Part shown: positions 38,138 through 48,200 of the stretch, piece after piece
Position numbering within the stretch: position 1 is the stretch's first letter
Layout of the letters: every line of letters begins with the position of its first letter
Assembly: GCA_033763905.1 (NCBI GenBank)
Contig: JANRJP010000123.1
Coordinates: 1-50,884 of the forward strand
Length of the DNA stretch: 50,884 nt
From: Gemmatimonadaceae bacterium
GTDB taxonomy: Bacteria; Gemmatimonadota; Gemmatimonadetes; Gemmatimonadales; Gemmatimonadaceae
Direction: 5' to 3'
The notes under the pieces: generated by a model
Seen by the model: only the letters and a program-made list of their open reading frames with translations
Database searches by the model: none
Told to the model about the DNA's origin: nothing
Program-made: the position numbers and the translations under genes

Positions 38138-39336
38138 AGCTTCGGTACCTCCACGATCAACGCCCGGAGCCCAAGGCCGGCCATTGCAACGGCAACAAGC
38201 CAGCCACCAACCGTCATCCAACGGGGATGCACGTACGATCCAACCACGTCGGATCGACGCGCGGCCAACAGCGCGATGCCGAGTCCGAGCGGCAGCACCA
38301 GTGCGTTGAGCGCCCCTACCAGCACCAGCACGGCCACGGGACGCCCCACGAGCAGGAACACACTCGCTGAGGCGACAATGAATCCGATGATCCACGGCCG
38401 CGTACCGGCATCACCGCGCCGCGCGACCGGAAGAAAGCTGACGGAGGTATACGCGGCGCCCACAACCGACGTGATGGCTGCACTCCACATCACCACGCCG
38501 AACAGCCGCTCGCCGACGTCACCAAGCACCGAGCGAAACACGGCGGCTGCCGGATTCGCGGCATTAAGCGTGACGCCTCCTGACACCACCCCGAGCGCGG
38601 CCAGGAAAAGCACCACGCGCATCAGCGACGCCACGCCAATGGCCGTGGCCGCCGAGCGCGTCACGTCACGCATTGCCGACGCCCCGTGCACGCCCGCGTC
38701 GAGCAGGCGATGCGCCCCGGCAAAGGTGATGTACCCGCCCACGGTGCCACCAACGAGCGTGACGATGGCCAGCGGCGACACGGTGCTGGGCCAGACGGTG
38801 CGCCGCGCGGCCTCAAGCACCGGCGGCGACGAGGCCACGGCCACCCACACGGTCAGTCCGATCATCAGGAATCCCATCGCCAGCGCAAAGCGGTCCATCG
38901 CGCGTCCGGCGTCCTTCACCACGAACAAGCCAAGCGCCAGCGCGGCGCTGAGCGCTGCACCGAGGCGCACGTCGAGACCCAGCGCCGCCTCGAGCCCGAG
39001 GCCCGCCCCGGCGACGTTGCCAATGTTGAAGGCCAAGCCGCCGATCACGACGAGTGCGGACAGTACCGAACCGAGCCCGGGCCGCACGCGGTTCGCAAGC
39101 ATGGGGGCGGGCAGGCCCGACGCGGCAATCACCCGCCAAATCGTGAGTTGCGCCCCGAGGTCGGCCAGGACGCTCGCAAGCACCGCGAACCCGAAGCTGG
39201 CCCCGAGCTGCTGGGTGAATACCGCCGTCTGCGTGAGGAACCCGGGTCCGATCGCGCTGGTGGCCATCAAAAAGGCCGCACCGACGAGCGCCGAACGGGT
39301 GGTCTGCGTTGTAGGGTTCACGACGGGCTCGGGCAC
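38128..39336 (-). CDS. NRAMP-superfamily transporter, YcsG-like
   Basis: GAAFLMATSAIGPGFLTQT, AFNIGNVAG, GGTVGGYITFAGAHRL, AAITSVVGAAYTSVSF; about 11 TM segments. Confidence 0.85.
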   Translation of the reverse strand: MPEPVVNPTTQTTRSALVGAAFLMATSAIGPGFLTQTAVFTQQLGASFGFAVLASVLADLGAQLTIWRVIAASGLPAPMLANRVRPGLGSVLSALVVIGGLAFNIGNVAGAGLGLEAALGLDVRLGAALSAALALGLFVVKDAGRAMDRFALAMGFLMIGLTVWVAVASSPPVLEAARRTVWPSTVSPLAIVTLVGGTVGGYITFAGAHRLLDAGVHGASAMRDVTRSAATAIGVASLMRVVLFLAALGVVSGGVTLNAANPAAAVFRSVLGDVGERLFGVVMWSAAITSVVGAAYTSVSFLPVARRGDAGTRPWIIGFIVASASVFLLVGRPVAVLVLVGALNALVLPLGLGIALLAARRSDVVGSYVHPRWMTVGGWLVAVAMAGLGLRALIVEVPKLWR

Positions 39337-39413
39337 TCGCCAGTCTACGCCCGCGTCCCCCCGTTTGCCCAGTCGTGTCGTGCTGGGTACTCATTCTCCG
39401 TTCAGCATTGCAC

Positions 39414-40604
39414 ATGGCTTGGGCACAAGCACGACTTCAGTTGCGGCTGCTCCTGCTTTCTCTTGCCGCAGGCTGCGCTGCCATCTCGCGTCCCGAGACG
39501 ACCGTGGCCGCGCTCGCGGCCGACGGTCGGACGGCGGCGGCCGTCGAGCAGGCGACCGTCGACACGATCATTGATCGACTGGCGGCTCGCGTGGCAGCGC
39601 GCGTCGCTGCCGGCGGGCCCGCACGCCTCGATGTGCTGGTGCTCTCGGGCGGCGGCCAGAACGGGGCGTATGGCGCCGGCTTCCTCCGGGCGTGGAAGGA
39701 TCGCGCGGATGATCCGATGCCGACCTTCGATCTGATCACCGGCATTTCCACCGGCACGTTGCAATCGCCCTACGCCCTGATTGGTACGACCGCCGCGCTG
39801 GACACGCTGGTGGCGCTGTACCGGCGGTCGGCCGAAGCGATTGCGCCCACCTTCGACTGGTGGTTCTGGCTGCGGAAGACCGGTGGGCTCGTGAACGCCA
39901 CGCGTTTCCGGCGCACGATTGAGCAGCAGATGGACGGGCCATTCGCCGATCAATTGCGCACCGAGTTTGCGGCGGGTCGGCAGTTGGCCATTGGTACGTC
40001 GGATTTCGATCTCGGGATCGGGCGCACGTGGGATCTGTCGCGCGAGATCGGTCCGCGCGGCACGGCCCCGACGCGCGTGCACGATCTGCTGATCGGCGCG
40101 ACGGCGATCCCGGGCATTTTCCCCCCGATCGTGATTGATGGGCACGTCCACGCGGATGGTGGGGTGATCGCCAACGCCTTGCCGCTGCTTGATGTCGCAG
40201 GCTACCGGCGGTTGGGCGAGCGCCTGCGGGCTCGCGGGGTATCGGGCCCAGTGACCGTTCGGGTGAACGCGATCTGGAATCTGTGGACGCACGCCGATCT
40301 GCAGGTCCTGCGTCCTTCGAACCGCAAGGCGATGAAATCGCGTGGCGACTTCCTGCTGTTCTGGTCGGCGCAGCCTGCGCTGATCGCCCGCTTGCACGAG
40401 ACGGCGGACGCGGTGCGCGGCGCCGTACCGGGCGTGTTGCTGGAGGTCCGACATACCCAGATTCCGGCGGCGCTGGCCACCGAACCGGGGGCGTCCAAAC
40501 TCTTCGACGGGGCGTGGATGCGTCGGTTGGAGCAGGTGGGCCGCGAGCGGGCACTCAGCGCGGCGCCGTGGGATTCGGTGCCAAGCGCCTACCGTCGGCC
40601 GTAG
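39414..40604 (+). CDS. Patatin-like phospholipase, lipoprotein
   Basis: Lipobox LAAGC; SGGGQNGAYGAG; nucleophile GISTG; catalytic DGG. Confidence 0.9.
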   Translation: MAWAQARLQLRLLLLSLAAGCAAISRPETTVAALAADGRTAAAVEQATVDTIIDRLAARVAARVAAGGPARLDVLVLSGGGQNGAYGAGFLRAWKDRADDPMPTFDLITGISTGTLQSPYALIGTTAALDTLVALYRRSAEAIAPTFDWWFWLRKTGGLVNATRFRRTIEQQMDGPFADQLRTEFAAGRQLAIGTSDFDLGIGRTWDLSREIGPRGTAPTRVHDLLIGATAIPGIFPPIVIDGHVHADGGVIANALPLLDVAGYRRLGERLRARGVSGPVTVRVNAIWNLWTHADLQVLRPSNRKAMKSRGDFLLFWSAQPALIARLHETADAVRGAVPGVLLEVRHTQIPAALATEPGASKLFDGAWMRRLEQVGRERALSAAPWDSVPSAYRRP

Positions 40605-40610
40605 CCGAGC

Positions 40611-40871
40611 TCAGTCCCGGCGAGACGCTTCGGCCCGCAGCGCGGCGCGCACCCGATCGGTGAGCGCCGCGATTTGCGCGTCGTCCACCGGCAGTGACGA
40701 GAGCTGGTCCAGCAGTTGCCGCGCAAAGACGACGTGTTCGGTGCAGCCCTTGCAGTGGTCGAGATGACCCTTGACGGCCTGCAAGCGCTCAGCCGTCAGC
40801 TCCTCATCGAGGTAGTCGTACACCGCGCGAGCGACGGACGCGCAGTCGGGTACGTCGGGCGAGTTCATCAT
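40611..40871 (-). CDS. Zinc-binding (ZAS, zf-HC2) anti-sigma factor, soluble
   Basis: C10-x25-H36-x3-C40-x2-C43; YLD.EL motif; ATGA overlap with the ECF sigma gene; no TM segment. Confidence 0.9.
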   Translation of the reverse strand: MMNSPDVPDCASVARAVYDYLDEELTAERLQAVKGHLDHCKGCTEHVVFARQLLDQLSSLPVDDAQIAALTDRVRAALRAEASRRD

Positions 40872-41455
40872 TCGGCGAGAGCGGCAGAGGGACGGAACCC
40901 CGCATCGCGAGCGTGCTCGATGAGGGCCTCTTGCAGGGTGCGACGGGCGCGGAAGAGTCTCGAGCGCACGGTGCCGATGGGGATGCCCAACTGCGCGGCG
41001 GCTTCGGCGTAGTCGAGCCCTTCGACATCGACCAGGGCAACCACCAAGCGGAACGGCTCGGGCAGTGCCGCCAGCGCCGAGGCGATGGCCGGTGCCAAGT
41101 CCGGGTGGTCGAGTCGTCCGACGATCCCGTCCGCCTTGGCCTGCAGGTGGGCGGACGCCACGGCGAGCGCGTCGAGTTCGGGCTCGCCCTCAAGCGACAC
41201 GTTTCGGTCTTCGCGCGCACGGGACCGCAGGAAGAAATTGCGGGCGATCGTGAAGAGCCAGCGCTTGCCGTCGCTTCCTTCGATGAAGGTGTGTCGGCTG
41301 CGGAAGGCGCGCAGATACGTCTCCTGCACGAGGTCGTCCGCATCGGCCGCGTCACGCGTGAGTGAGCGCGCGTAGCGGATGACATCGGGGAGATGCTTGA
41401 GCATCTCCGCCTCGAAGGCCTCGACGGCATCGACCGGGGGCGCGGTCTGGGACAT
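40868..41455 (-). CDS. ECF RNA polymerase sigma factor (SigR/SigH-like)
   Basis: Region 2 DADDLVQETYLRAF and WLFTIARN; region 4 LPEPFR..V.LVDVEGLDY.E.A..LGIPIGTVRSRLFRAR. Confidence 0.93.
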   Translation of the reverse strand: MSQTAPPVDAVEAFEAEMLKHLPDVIRYARSLTRDAADADDLVQETYLRAFRSRHTFIEGSDGKRWLFTIARNFFLRSRAREDRNVSLEGEPELDALAVASAHLQAKADGIVGRLDHPDLAPAIASALAALPEPFRLVVALVDVEGLDYAEAAAQLGIPIGTVRSRLFRARRTLQEALIEHARDAGFRPSAALAE

Positions 41456-41462
41456 ACTGGAC

Positions 41463-42029
41463 CTAGTGGCCGGAGGCGCCTGAAGTTCCGCCCGAGGGCG
41501 CGGACGTGACTGCAGGCGCACGATAGATGGTAACGACGGTCTCGTCGAAGCTCAGGCGTCGCGCGCCCGGCGGCAAGCGGTGCACGGCCGCGTGCTCGGC
41601 GACCAGCACGCGGGCAAAGGGTCGGGCGTCCCAGAGGCGAAGGATCCAGTCGAGTTGTTTCGACTCGTACGGCGGATCAACGAACGCCAGATCATAGCGG
41701 TGCGCTGGCAGCGCTTCGGTCCAGGGAATGGCGTCCTTCACGAAGACCCGCGTGTGCTCCCGGACCCGGAGCGCCGCAATGTTGGCCTTGAGCGCGTGTA
41801 GGCTGGCGGGGCGGAACTCGACGAAGTCGGCGGATTTGGCTCCGCGCGAGAGCGCTTCGAGCCCCAGCGCGCCGGTGCCCGCGAAGAGATCGAGGACCCG
41901 CGCGCCCTGCACGTCGGCGTGCAGCGCGTCCAGCGTGGCGGCGCGTACGTGCTCGGCGGTGGGCCGCACGCGACGGTCGCGGGGCGAGTGGAGATCGCGA
42001 CCGGCGAAGCGGCCGGCGACGATGCGCAT
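41463..42029 (-). CDS. rsmD: 16S rRNA m2G966 methyltransferase
   Basis: MRIVAGRF.GR.L, RPT, LDLFAGTGALGLEALSRGA, DPPY; GAGGA RBS. Confidence 0.88.
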   Translation of the reverse strand: MRIVAGRFAGRDLHSPRDRRVRPTAEHVRAATLDALHADVQGARVLDLFAGTGALGLEALSRGAKSADFVEFRPASLHALKANIAALRVREHTRVFVKDAIPWTEALPAHRYDLAFVDPPYESKQLDWILRLWDARPFARVLVAEHAAVHRLPPGARRLSFDETVVTIYRAPAVTSAPSGGTSGASGH

Positions 42030-42146
42030 CGGGTCCTCGGGGAACGCCCCGTGTGCACACGCTTCGGTGCGGGATGCACGGGCTGTGGGAAATCTGCACT
42101 GCGTCCCCCACAGCCGCGATGTCCACCATAGTTTTCGGGACCCCCA

Positions 42147-43550
42147 ATGGCCGTCACCGCTCCCCGCAAGCTCGATCGTTCGATCGTCGAAGGCCCTGTG
42201 GCCACGGCGGTGTGGCGCATCGCGTGGCCGACGATGCTGCAGAACGCGATCGCGGGGCTGCAAGGCGTGATCGATCACGCGCTGGTGGGCAACTTCGTCG
42301 GCTTCACCGCCAATGCCGGCATTGGCGTGTCGTGGCAGATCTTTCTCGTCGTGATGACCTTCATCGGGTCACTGTTCACGGGAATGGGCGTGCTCGCCGC
42401 CCGGTACGCCGGCGCCGGCGACTCGGCGCAGGTGAACCGGGTGATTTATCAGGCGCTCGTGGCGACGGCGATCCTCTGCTTCGGCTTTCTGGTGCCGGTG
42501 GGCTGGTTCGCGGCGCCGTGGCTGTTGTCGATCACCAATGCCACGCCAGCGGTGCGACACGAAGCGTTGCCCTTCCTGCGCATCATGTTCACCTGCAGCG
42601 CGGGCTTGATGGTGTTCTTCCTGCTCGGCGGCGCGATGCGCGCCGCGGGTGATGCCAAGACCCCGCTTCGGCTCGGCATCGGGCTCACGGTGCTGAACAT
42701 CCTGTTCAATGTCATCCTGATTCCCGGCCTCGGGCCGGTGCCTGCGCTTGGCACGGCGGGAGCCGCGATCGGCACCTGTCTCGCGAGTGGTACGATGGCG
42801 GTGTACGCCTTGCGCCAGCTCTGGATCGGGCGCTGGGTGGTGTCGTTCCAGCACTTGCCGTCGTATCGCCCCGATTGGAGTGTGATTCGCGAGCTCTTCC
42901 GCTTCGGACTGCCGGCGGGCGTACAGGGCGTCGCGATGAACGTCGCCGGCGTGCTGCTGCTGCGGTTCATTGGCGCACTGCCGCAGAGCGCCGAGGCGCA
43001 GGGGGCCTGGGCGGTCAGCTACGTCGAGCTCTTCTCGTTCATCACGTGGAGCTCGGTCGGCCTGATGGGCGCGACGGCGACGGTGGCGGGCCAGAACCTG
43101 GGCGCGGGGCAGCCGGATCGCGCCGCGCTGGCGGCGGCGGCTGGTGCGCGACTCGGCTTGGTGGTTGCGGCCGTGATCGGGTCGCTGTTTGTGCTGATTC
43201 CGGGACCGCTGCTCGCGCTCTTCGGGATGACCGATCCAGCCGCGAACGGCATTGCGACCGTGCTGCTGCGCTACCTGGCAGTCTCGGGCTTCTTCGTGAC
43301 CGTGGCGCTGAGCTTCACTGGCGCACTGCAGGGCACCGGCGATACGCGGAGTCCCTTGGCGATTTCGGTGATCTCGCAAATCATCGTGCCGCTCGGCCTG
43401 TGCACGATCTTTCAGGCCACCGGGACGCTCGAGGCCTCGGAAATCTGGTTGTCCGTCGTCTGCGGCCATATGACGCGCGCAACGCTGAGCGTGTGGCGCT
43501 TCCGCCAAGGGAAGTGGCGGACGATCAAGGTCGCGCTCAAGCCGGCCTGA
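42147..43550 (+). CDS. MATE family efflux transporter
   Basis: IAWP.ML.N, ID...VG, RAAGDAKTPL, GAAIGT, GQNLGA, LQGTGDTRSP; about 12 TM segments. Confidence 0.93.
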   Translation: MAVTAPRKLDRSIVEGPVATAVWRIAWPTMLQNAIAGLQGVIDHALVGNFVGFTANAGIGVSWQIFLVVMTFIGSLFTGMGVLAARYAGAGDSAQVNRVIYQALVATAILCFGFLVPVGWFAAPWLLSITNATPAVRHEALPFLRIMFTCSAGLMVFFLLGGAMRAAGDAKTPLRLGIGLTVLNILFNVILIPGLGPVPALGTAGAAIGTCLASGTMAVYALRQLWIGRWVVSFQHLPSYRPDWSVIRELFRFGLPAGVQGVAMNVAGVLLLRFIGALPQSAEAQGAWAVSYVELFSFITWSSVGLMGATATVAGQNLGAGQPDRAALAAAAGARLGLVVAAVIGSLFVLIPGPLLALFGMTDPAANGIATVLLRYLAVSGFFVTVALSFTGALQGTGDTRSPLAISVISQIIVPLGLCTIFQATGTLEASEIWLSVVCGHMTRATLSVWRFRQGKWRTIKVALKPA

Positions 43551-43568
43551 CGACGCGTCGGCGCGCGA

Positions 43569-43970
43569 CTACGGCTCGTCGGGCCGGTTGCGCATAAAGT
43601 CCGCTAGAGCGCGCAGTTTGTCCCGAAGAAACTGCCGCACGTCGTCCGGCATCGGATGCTCCGACATTGCGCGCTCCATACACCAGAGCCATTCGTCGCG
43701 CTCGCGGGCGGCGATCGGAAAGGGCATATGGCGGGCGCGTAGCCGCGGGTGCCCGAAGCGCGATTCGTACTCCGGTGGCCCGCCGGTCCAGCCGATCAGG
43801 TACCACGTGAGCTTGTCGCGCGACACCTTGAGACTGCGGGCGTGGAGCGCGCGGATGTTCGCGGCTTCGGGCGCCGTATCCATCAGGTCGTAGAAGCGGT
43901 CGACCAGCTGACGGATACCGTCGGCGCCGCCAAGGGCCTCGAAGGGCGGCTGTACAGGTGGGGGCGTCAC
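43569..43970 (-). CDS. Group II truncated hemoglobin (trHbO-like)
   Basis: FEALGG..GI..LVDRFY, GGP..Y...GHPRLRARH.PF.I (proximal His), ERDEWL.CM; start uncertain. Confidence 0.92.
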   Translation of the reverse strand: MTPPPVQPPFEALGGADGIRQLVDRFYDLMDTAPEAANIRALHARSLKVSRDKLTWYLIGWTGGPPEYESRFGHPRLRARHMPFPIAARERDEWLWCMERAMSEHPMPDDVRQFLRDKLRALADFMRNRPDEP

Positions 43971-44138
43971 CCCCGAAAGCTCGCACGTGATTGCACGTTC
44001 GCCAACGGCGTGGTGACGCAAGTCACGGAACTGGCAGGCGCACGGCGGTACGCTCCGCAGATTGAAACATCATCCTGTTGCGACCAGTACCACCCCGTAC
44101 ATCCGTTCGAGACTTCCCCAAGCCGAGGTGCTGCCGAT

Positions 44139-45221
44139 ATGCGCTCTCCCCTCCGATTCGCCGTCGCGGCAGCTGCGCTGCTCGTTGGCGCCTGTGCCGA
44201 CGAATCCACCGCGCCCGCGAATGCGACCAACCTCAGCCCGCTGAGCGCGGACGCCAATGTGGTCTCCTCGGTGCTCGACAGCCCCACCGCCGCATCGCTG
44301 ATGGCGATGGGGCCGTCGATGGACTTGGCGATGGGGGGCTCCGCGCTCGTGGGATCGGCGATCGGCCTCCGTGCGACCGATCTGCAGTCCGCGAAGGTCG
44401 CGGGGCGGCAGCTGTACCAGCGCCTGCAGGGCGGTGCCGCGCCGAACACCGTAGCAGACGTGATTCCGCAGGCGCTGACGGGGCGGACGCTGGTGTTCGA
44501 TCCGTCATTCCAGCGCTACGTGCTGAGTGATCGTACGGGGGCGCCTGCGAGCGGTGTGCGCTTCGTGCTCTACACGATCAACCCGCTGACCAACCGTCCC
44601 GCGGAACCACTCACCGAAGTCGGGTACGCGGATATCACGCGGACGGCGACATCGACGTCGATTTCGGGTCGGGTCGAGGCCTTCAGTGGCACGACGGCGC
44701 CGGTCAAGGTGATGGATTACACCGCCACCCTCACCGGCGTGGTCGTGTCGCCGCAGGTGTCGGTGGTCGGCTTCGCGGCCAATGGCGCGGATCGCCTGGA
44801 ATTCACGATGACGTCGTCGATCAACGTCGCGCAGCAGCAGATCACGATCAACAATCAGGCGACCGTCCCGACGCAGAGCATTCTGGTGGCGGTGAACGTG
44901 GCGTTGTCGCTGAGCGAAAACAGCGAAGCCATTACGATGGATGGTCGCATCGAGAGCCCTGATGGCACGCTCCGCATCTCCGGGGGGACCAACGCCAGCG
45001 GGGCGGGCAGCTACACCGTGACCGTCAACGGATCGACCTTCGCCACGATCACGTTCACGCCCAACGCGGCGGAGCCGACCGTCGTCGATGCGGCGGGGCG
45101 CCCGCTGACCGCCGAGCAGGTTGAAGCGCTGCGGCAGATCTTCGTGATGTTCGGCAGCGCCTTCGAGGTCTTCGACGGCCTCAGCGCACCGATCGGCACC
45201 GTGATCGGCTTCGCGATCTAG
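44139..45221 (+). CDS. Hypothetical lipoprotein
   Basis: GAGGTG RBS; lipobox LVGAC; Thr/Ser/Val-rich beta-strand body. Confidence 0.8.
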   Translation: MRSPLRFAVAAAALLVGACADESTAPANATNLSPLSADANVVSSVLDSPTAASLMAMGPSMDLAMGGSALVGSAIGLRATDLQSAKVAGRQLYQRLQGGAAPNTVADVIPQALTGRTLVFDPSFQRYVLSDRTGAPASGVRFVLYTINPLTNRPAEPLTEVGYADITRTATSTSISGRVEAFSGTTAPVKVMDYTATLTGVVVSPQVSVVGFAANGADRLEFTMTSSINVAQQQITINNQATVPTQSILVAVNVALSLSENSEAITMDGRIESPDGTLRISGGTNASGAGSYTVTVNGSTFATITFTPNAAEPTVVDAAGRPLTAEQVEALRQIFVMFGSAFEVFDGLSAPIGTVIGFAI

Positions 45222-45230
45222 CACGCGCGC

Positions 45231-45279
45231 CACGCACAACGGGCCGGCGTCCTCTGCGGATGCCGGCCCGTTGTGCGTG
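45231..45279. terminator. Long bidirectional hairpin between convergent genes
   Basis: CACGCACAACGGGCCGGCGTCC-TCTGC-GGATGCCGGCCCGTTGTGCGTG, 22-bp stem with one G-U pair. Confidence 0.75.
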
Positions 45280-45295
45280 TGCGGACGGTGCGATG

Positions 45296-48200
45296 CTACA
45301 TCACGGCGGGCTTGCCGCCCTTCACCTGCACGCCATCGACCTTGCCGTCCTGCAGCAGCTTGTTGAACGCGGGAATGTCGTTGCGTTCGATGGCATCGAG
45401 CACGGCCTTGAGCTTCGTCCACTGTTGCTCGAGCTCGCCCATCCGCTGCCGCGAGCCTTCGGTCAGCACCGGGTTCCCTTCGATCTGGCCCAAGAGGAAT
45501 CCGATTTGGCCGTTGATGCCGTTGGCGTAGTTGATGATGTCCTGGCCGTTGGTGGCCTTGGTGGTCATCTGCGGTTCGACGCCGTCCAGCTTTGCGGTGA
45601 CCGATCGACCGGCCGCGCGAATGGCATTCACATTCGGCGCATCGGCCGCACGGGCGATCGCCGCCGACAGTTGGGTCTTGAGGTCCCGCACGCGCACGAC
45701 GGCATCGTGCACTTCCCCGATGCGCATCGCGAGCTGGTTCGCCATCGCGTCGCGCGCCGCGACCGCCTCGGCGGGCGCATCGAGCCGCGGGTCGCGCAAG
45801 AGTTCCAGCTTCGTGGTCAACGTTTGCGTGCCTACGGTCAGCCGCACCGTGTAGGTGCCCGCAGACACGCGGGCGCCGCCACCCTGCGGCGCGCCGAACA
45901 GTTGAATGCCGCGCAAGGTTGTGGGCGCCTCGCGGCGAAGGTTCCAGATCCACTCGTTGAGGCCCGCACGCGCGACGTAGCGCTGCGCCGAGTCGCGACT
46001 TGCCGTCGACACGCGACGGACGACGGCACCGCTGGCGTCCAGCACGTCGATCGTGACCGGCGTGGCGGAGTCCGGCGCGGCGGCCAATCGGAAGAACACA
46101 CGCGCACCTGACGGCGGGTTGGCACCTGCGCGCCAGCCCGAACCCGGGGGGCCACCGCCGCCACCGAAGCCGCCGCCATCACCCTCGAGCACCACCGTCG
46201 GCCGCGGCTGGTAGAGATGCGCGCTCGCCGTGGTGGCCGCCCCAGCGTGCTGGCGGAGCACGCTGAGGTCGTCGAGGATCCAGAAGGCCCGACCCTCGGT
46301 CGACGCAATGAGATCGCCGTGGCGCACCTCGAGGTCCGTCACGGGCACGACCGGGAAGCGCACCGGCAGCGGCTCCCAGCGCTGTCCACCGTTCGTCGAG
46401 ACATAGACGCCCGTCTCGGTACCGGCATAGAGCAGTCCCGCCCGCACCGGGTCTTCGCGCACGACACGCACCGGCTCGCCGTCGCGCAGGCCGGCCACGA
46501 GACGCGTCCACGTCTTGCCGAAATCGGTGCTCTTGAACACGTGCGGCGCCGGGTCGCCCAGACGGTCGGTGCGGAACGCCACGTACACCGTGCCCGGATC
46601 GTGGGGCGAGACTTCGATCTCGTTGACGAGCCCATCGGGCACCGGTGGGGTCACGCGCGTCCACGTCGCACCACCGTCGCGGGTGAGCTGGACGAGACCG
46701 TCATCCGTGCCGACGTACAGCGTCTTCGCGTCGTGCGGCGACTCCTCGATCACGAAGATCGTGCCGTACACTTCGCCGCCCGCGCCCTCGTTGGTGATCG
46801 GTCCACCGCCCCAGCCCTGACGCGTCTTGTCGTTCTTGGTGAGATCGGGGCTCGCATTCGTCCACGACTGGCCGCGATCGGTGCTGCGGAAGAGGACGTT
46901 GCCGCCGTGATACAACACCTTGTCGTCGTGCTGCGAGACCACGATCGGCGCCGTCCAGTTGAAGCGGTACTTGGTCTTGTCGGTCGGTTCGGTGAGGTTC
47001 ATCTCGGGATACGCCATAATGGTGCGCCCGAGGTTGGTGACGTGGTCGATCTCGTTGATGATGCCTTGGTAGCAGCCGCCAAAGACATAGCGCGGATTGC
47101 GGGCGCTCACACCGATGTTCGCGCTCTCGCACCCGGCCGTGGGCCACCAGTCGCGGCTGCCGATGCTGCCTTGCCCTCGGCTCCGGATCACAACGCTCGA
47201 ATTGTCCTGCTGCCCGCTGTAGAGCTTGTACGGAAAGTCGTCATCGACCGTGACGTGGTAGAACTGCGCGGTCGGCTGGTTCTCCTGCGTGCTCCACGAC
47301 CGTCCCCCGTCGAGCGACACCGACGCGCCGCCATCGTTGGCGTTCGCCATATAGCGCGAGTCGCTGGGGTTGATCCAGATCGAATGGTTGTCGCCGTGCG
47401 TCGCCGGCACGACGGCAAACGTGCGCCCACCGTCGATCGACTTGAGCACCGGCGCATTGGTCACCCACACCACGTCGGCGTTCTGAGGATCGGCGTACAC
47501 CTTCATGTAGTACCACGACCGCGTCTGGATCAGCCGGTCCTCCGAGAGCAGTCGCCAGGAGCGACCCGCGTCGTCGGACCGATACAACCCGCCACGCATC
47601 GCTTCGACAATGGCGTACACGCGATCCGGATTCGCCGGCGACACCGACACGCCGATCTTGCCCATCAGCGACGGCAGGCCTTCGGTGAGCCGCGTCCAGG
47701 TGTCGCCACCGTCGGTGGACTTCCAGAGGCCGCTGCCGGGGCCACCACTCCGCACGTTCCACGGCACCCGCTGGTGATCCCAGAACGCGGCGTAGAGAAT
47801 GCGCGGATTGGTCGCGTCCATCGACAGGTCGTTGGCCCCGCTGAACTCGTTGAGCCCCTTGAGCACCAAGGTCCACGTCGCGCCGCCGTCGGTGGACCGA
47901 TACACCCCGCGATCGGCCGAGCCCTTCCAGCGATCCCCCTGCGCCGCGACGTAGATCACGTCGGGGTTCTGCGGGTGCACGCGAACGGCCGCGATCTGCC
48001 GCGTGGCATCGAGGCCGATGTGCTTCCACGTGCGTCCCTGGTCCGTGCTCTTGTACATCCCGACGCCGTACGATGACGACTGCCCACGAATCGGGTGTTC
48101 GCCCGTGCCGACGTAGAGCACGTTCGCATCGGACGGGGCCACCGCGATCGCGCCGATCGAGCCGGTGCGGAAAAAGCCATCCGAGATGTTGCGCCAGGAG

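Noticed and set aside
43981..43995. Sigma54-like site TCGCACGTGATTGCA
   Set aside because: Lacks the invariant GG, and the spacing is one base short
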